Assembly (NCBI RefSeq): GCF_003918875.1
Contig: NW_025767135.1
Span: 2,666,001-2,730,000, forward strand
Length of the DNA stretch: 64,000 nt
Reading direction: 5' to 3'
From: Haliotis rubra
Taxonomy: Eukaryota
A model generated the notes under the pieces. It was not told the origin of the DNA. It did no database searches and saw only the letters and a list, made by a program, of their open reading frames with translations. Positions 63,751-64,000 of the stretch are shown here, one piece after another; positions within the stretch are counted from its first letter, which is position 1; each line of letters begins with the position of its first letter. The position numbers were made by a program, and so were the translations under genes.

Positions 63751-64000
63751 TTACTGAAAGAAAAACAGTTTAAAATCCTTTTCTTTTGTTAACCCATTAC
63801 TGAACCACTGACTGCAGACCATTCTCAGAAGAATCACTATTTGTATGCTGTACAGCCCAGAAGCATTTATGGGACAATCACTCGTAATGAGCAGACTTTG
63901 CGCTGATGTATTCCCCAGAAGCTGAATGATCCGCTCTAATGCTGTGATGTGTTGTGACAGCCATCATCCAGACAATCTATAGCTGCATTGACAAGGGATG

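Overview
Eukaryotic, AT-rich, essentially non-coding 64-kb region (large intron or intergenic) with three assembly gaps (10489-10631, 15088-15251, 42014-42277). The repeat complement suggests an invertebrate, probably a gastropod mollusc such as abalone; this is inferred from the SINE and Helentron types and not verified. No host protein-coding gene can be called confidently. The only recognisable protein homologies are decayed non-LTR retrotransposon fragments (L2 RT, L1/Tx1 C-terminal zinc finger, CR1-like C-termini). The window is dominated by: (i) about 16 copies of a tRNA(Asp)-like SINE (family A), about 11 copies of a head-less structured retroposon (family B) and 2 Meta-domain SINEs (family C), all with a related 3' tail; (ii) DNA-transposon MITEs (8-bp-TSD hAT, CAG..CTG-ended MITEs with 5-bp TSDs, CWG-flanked Harbinger-like, TWA-flanked, Tc1-like, Helentron/HINE); (iii) more than 15 unrelated mini- and microsatellites; (iv) many nested insertions with readable TSDs. 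The two most interesting signals are a set of tiny, mostly TSD-flanked Penelope-like insertions carrying a minimal hammerhead ribozyme with a U3-A8 core variant and covarying stem II, and family B's 5'-terminal pseudoknot/hairpin module in place of a Pol III head.
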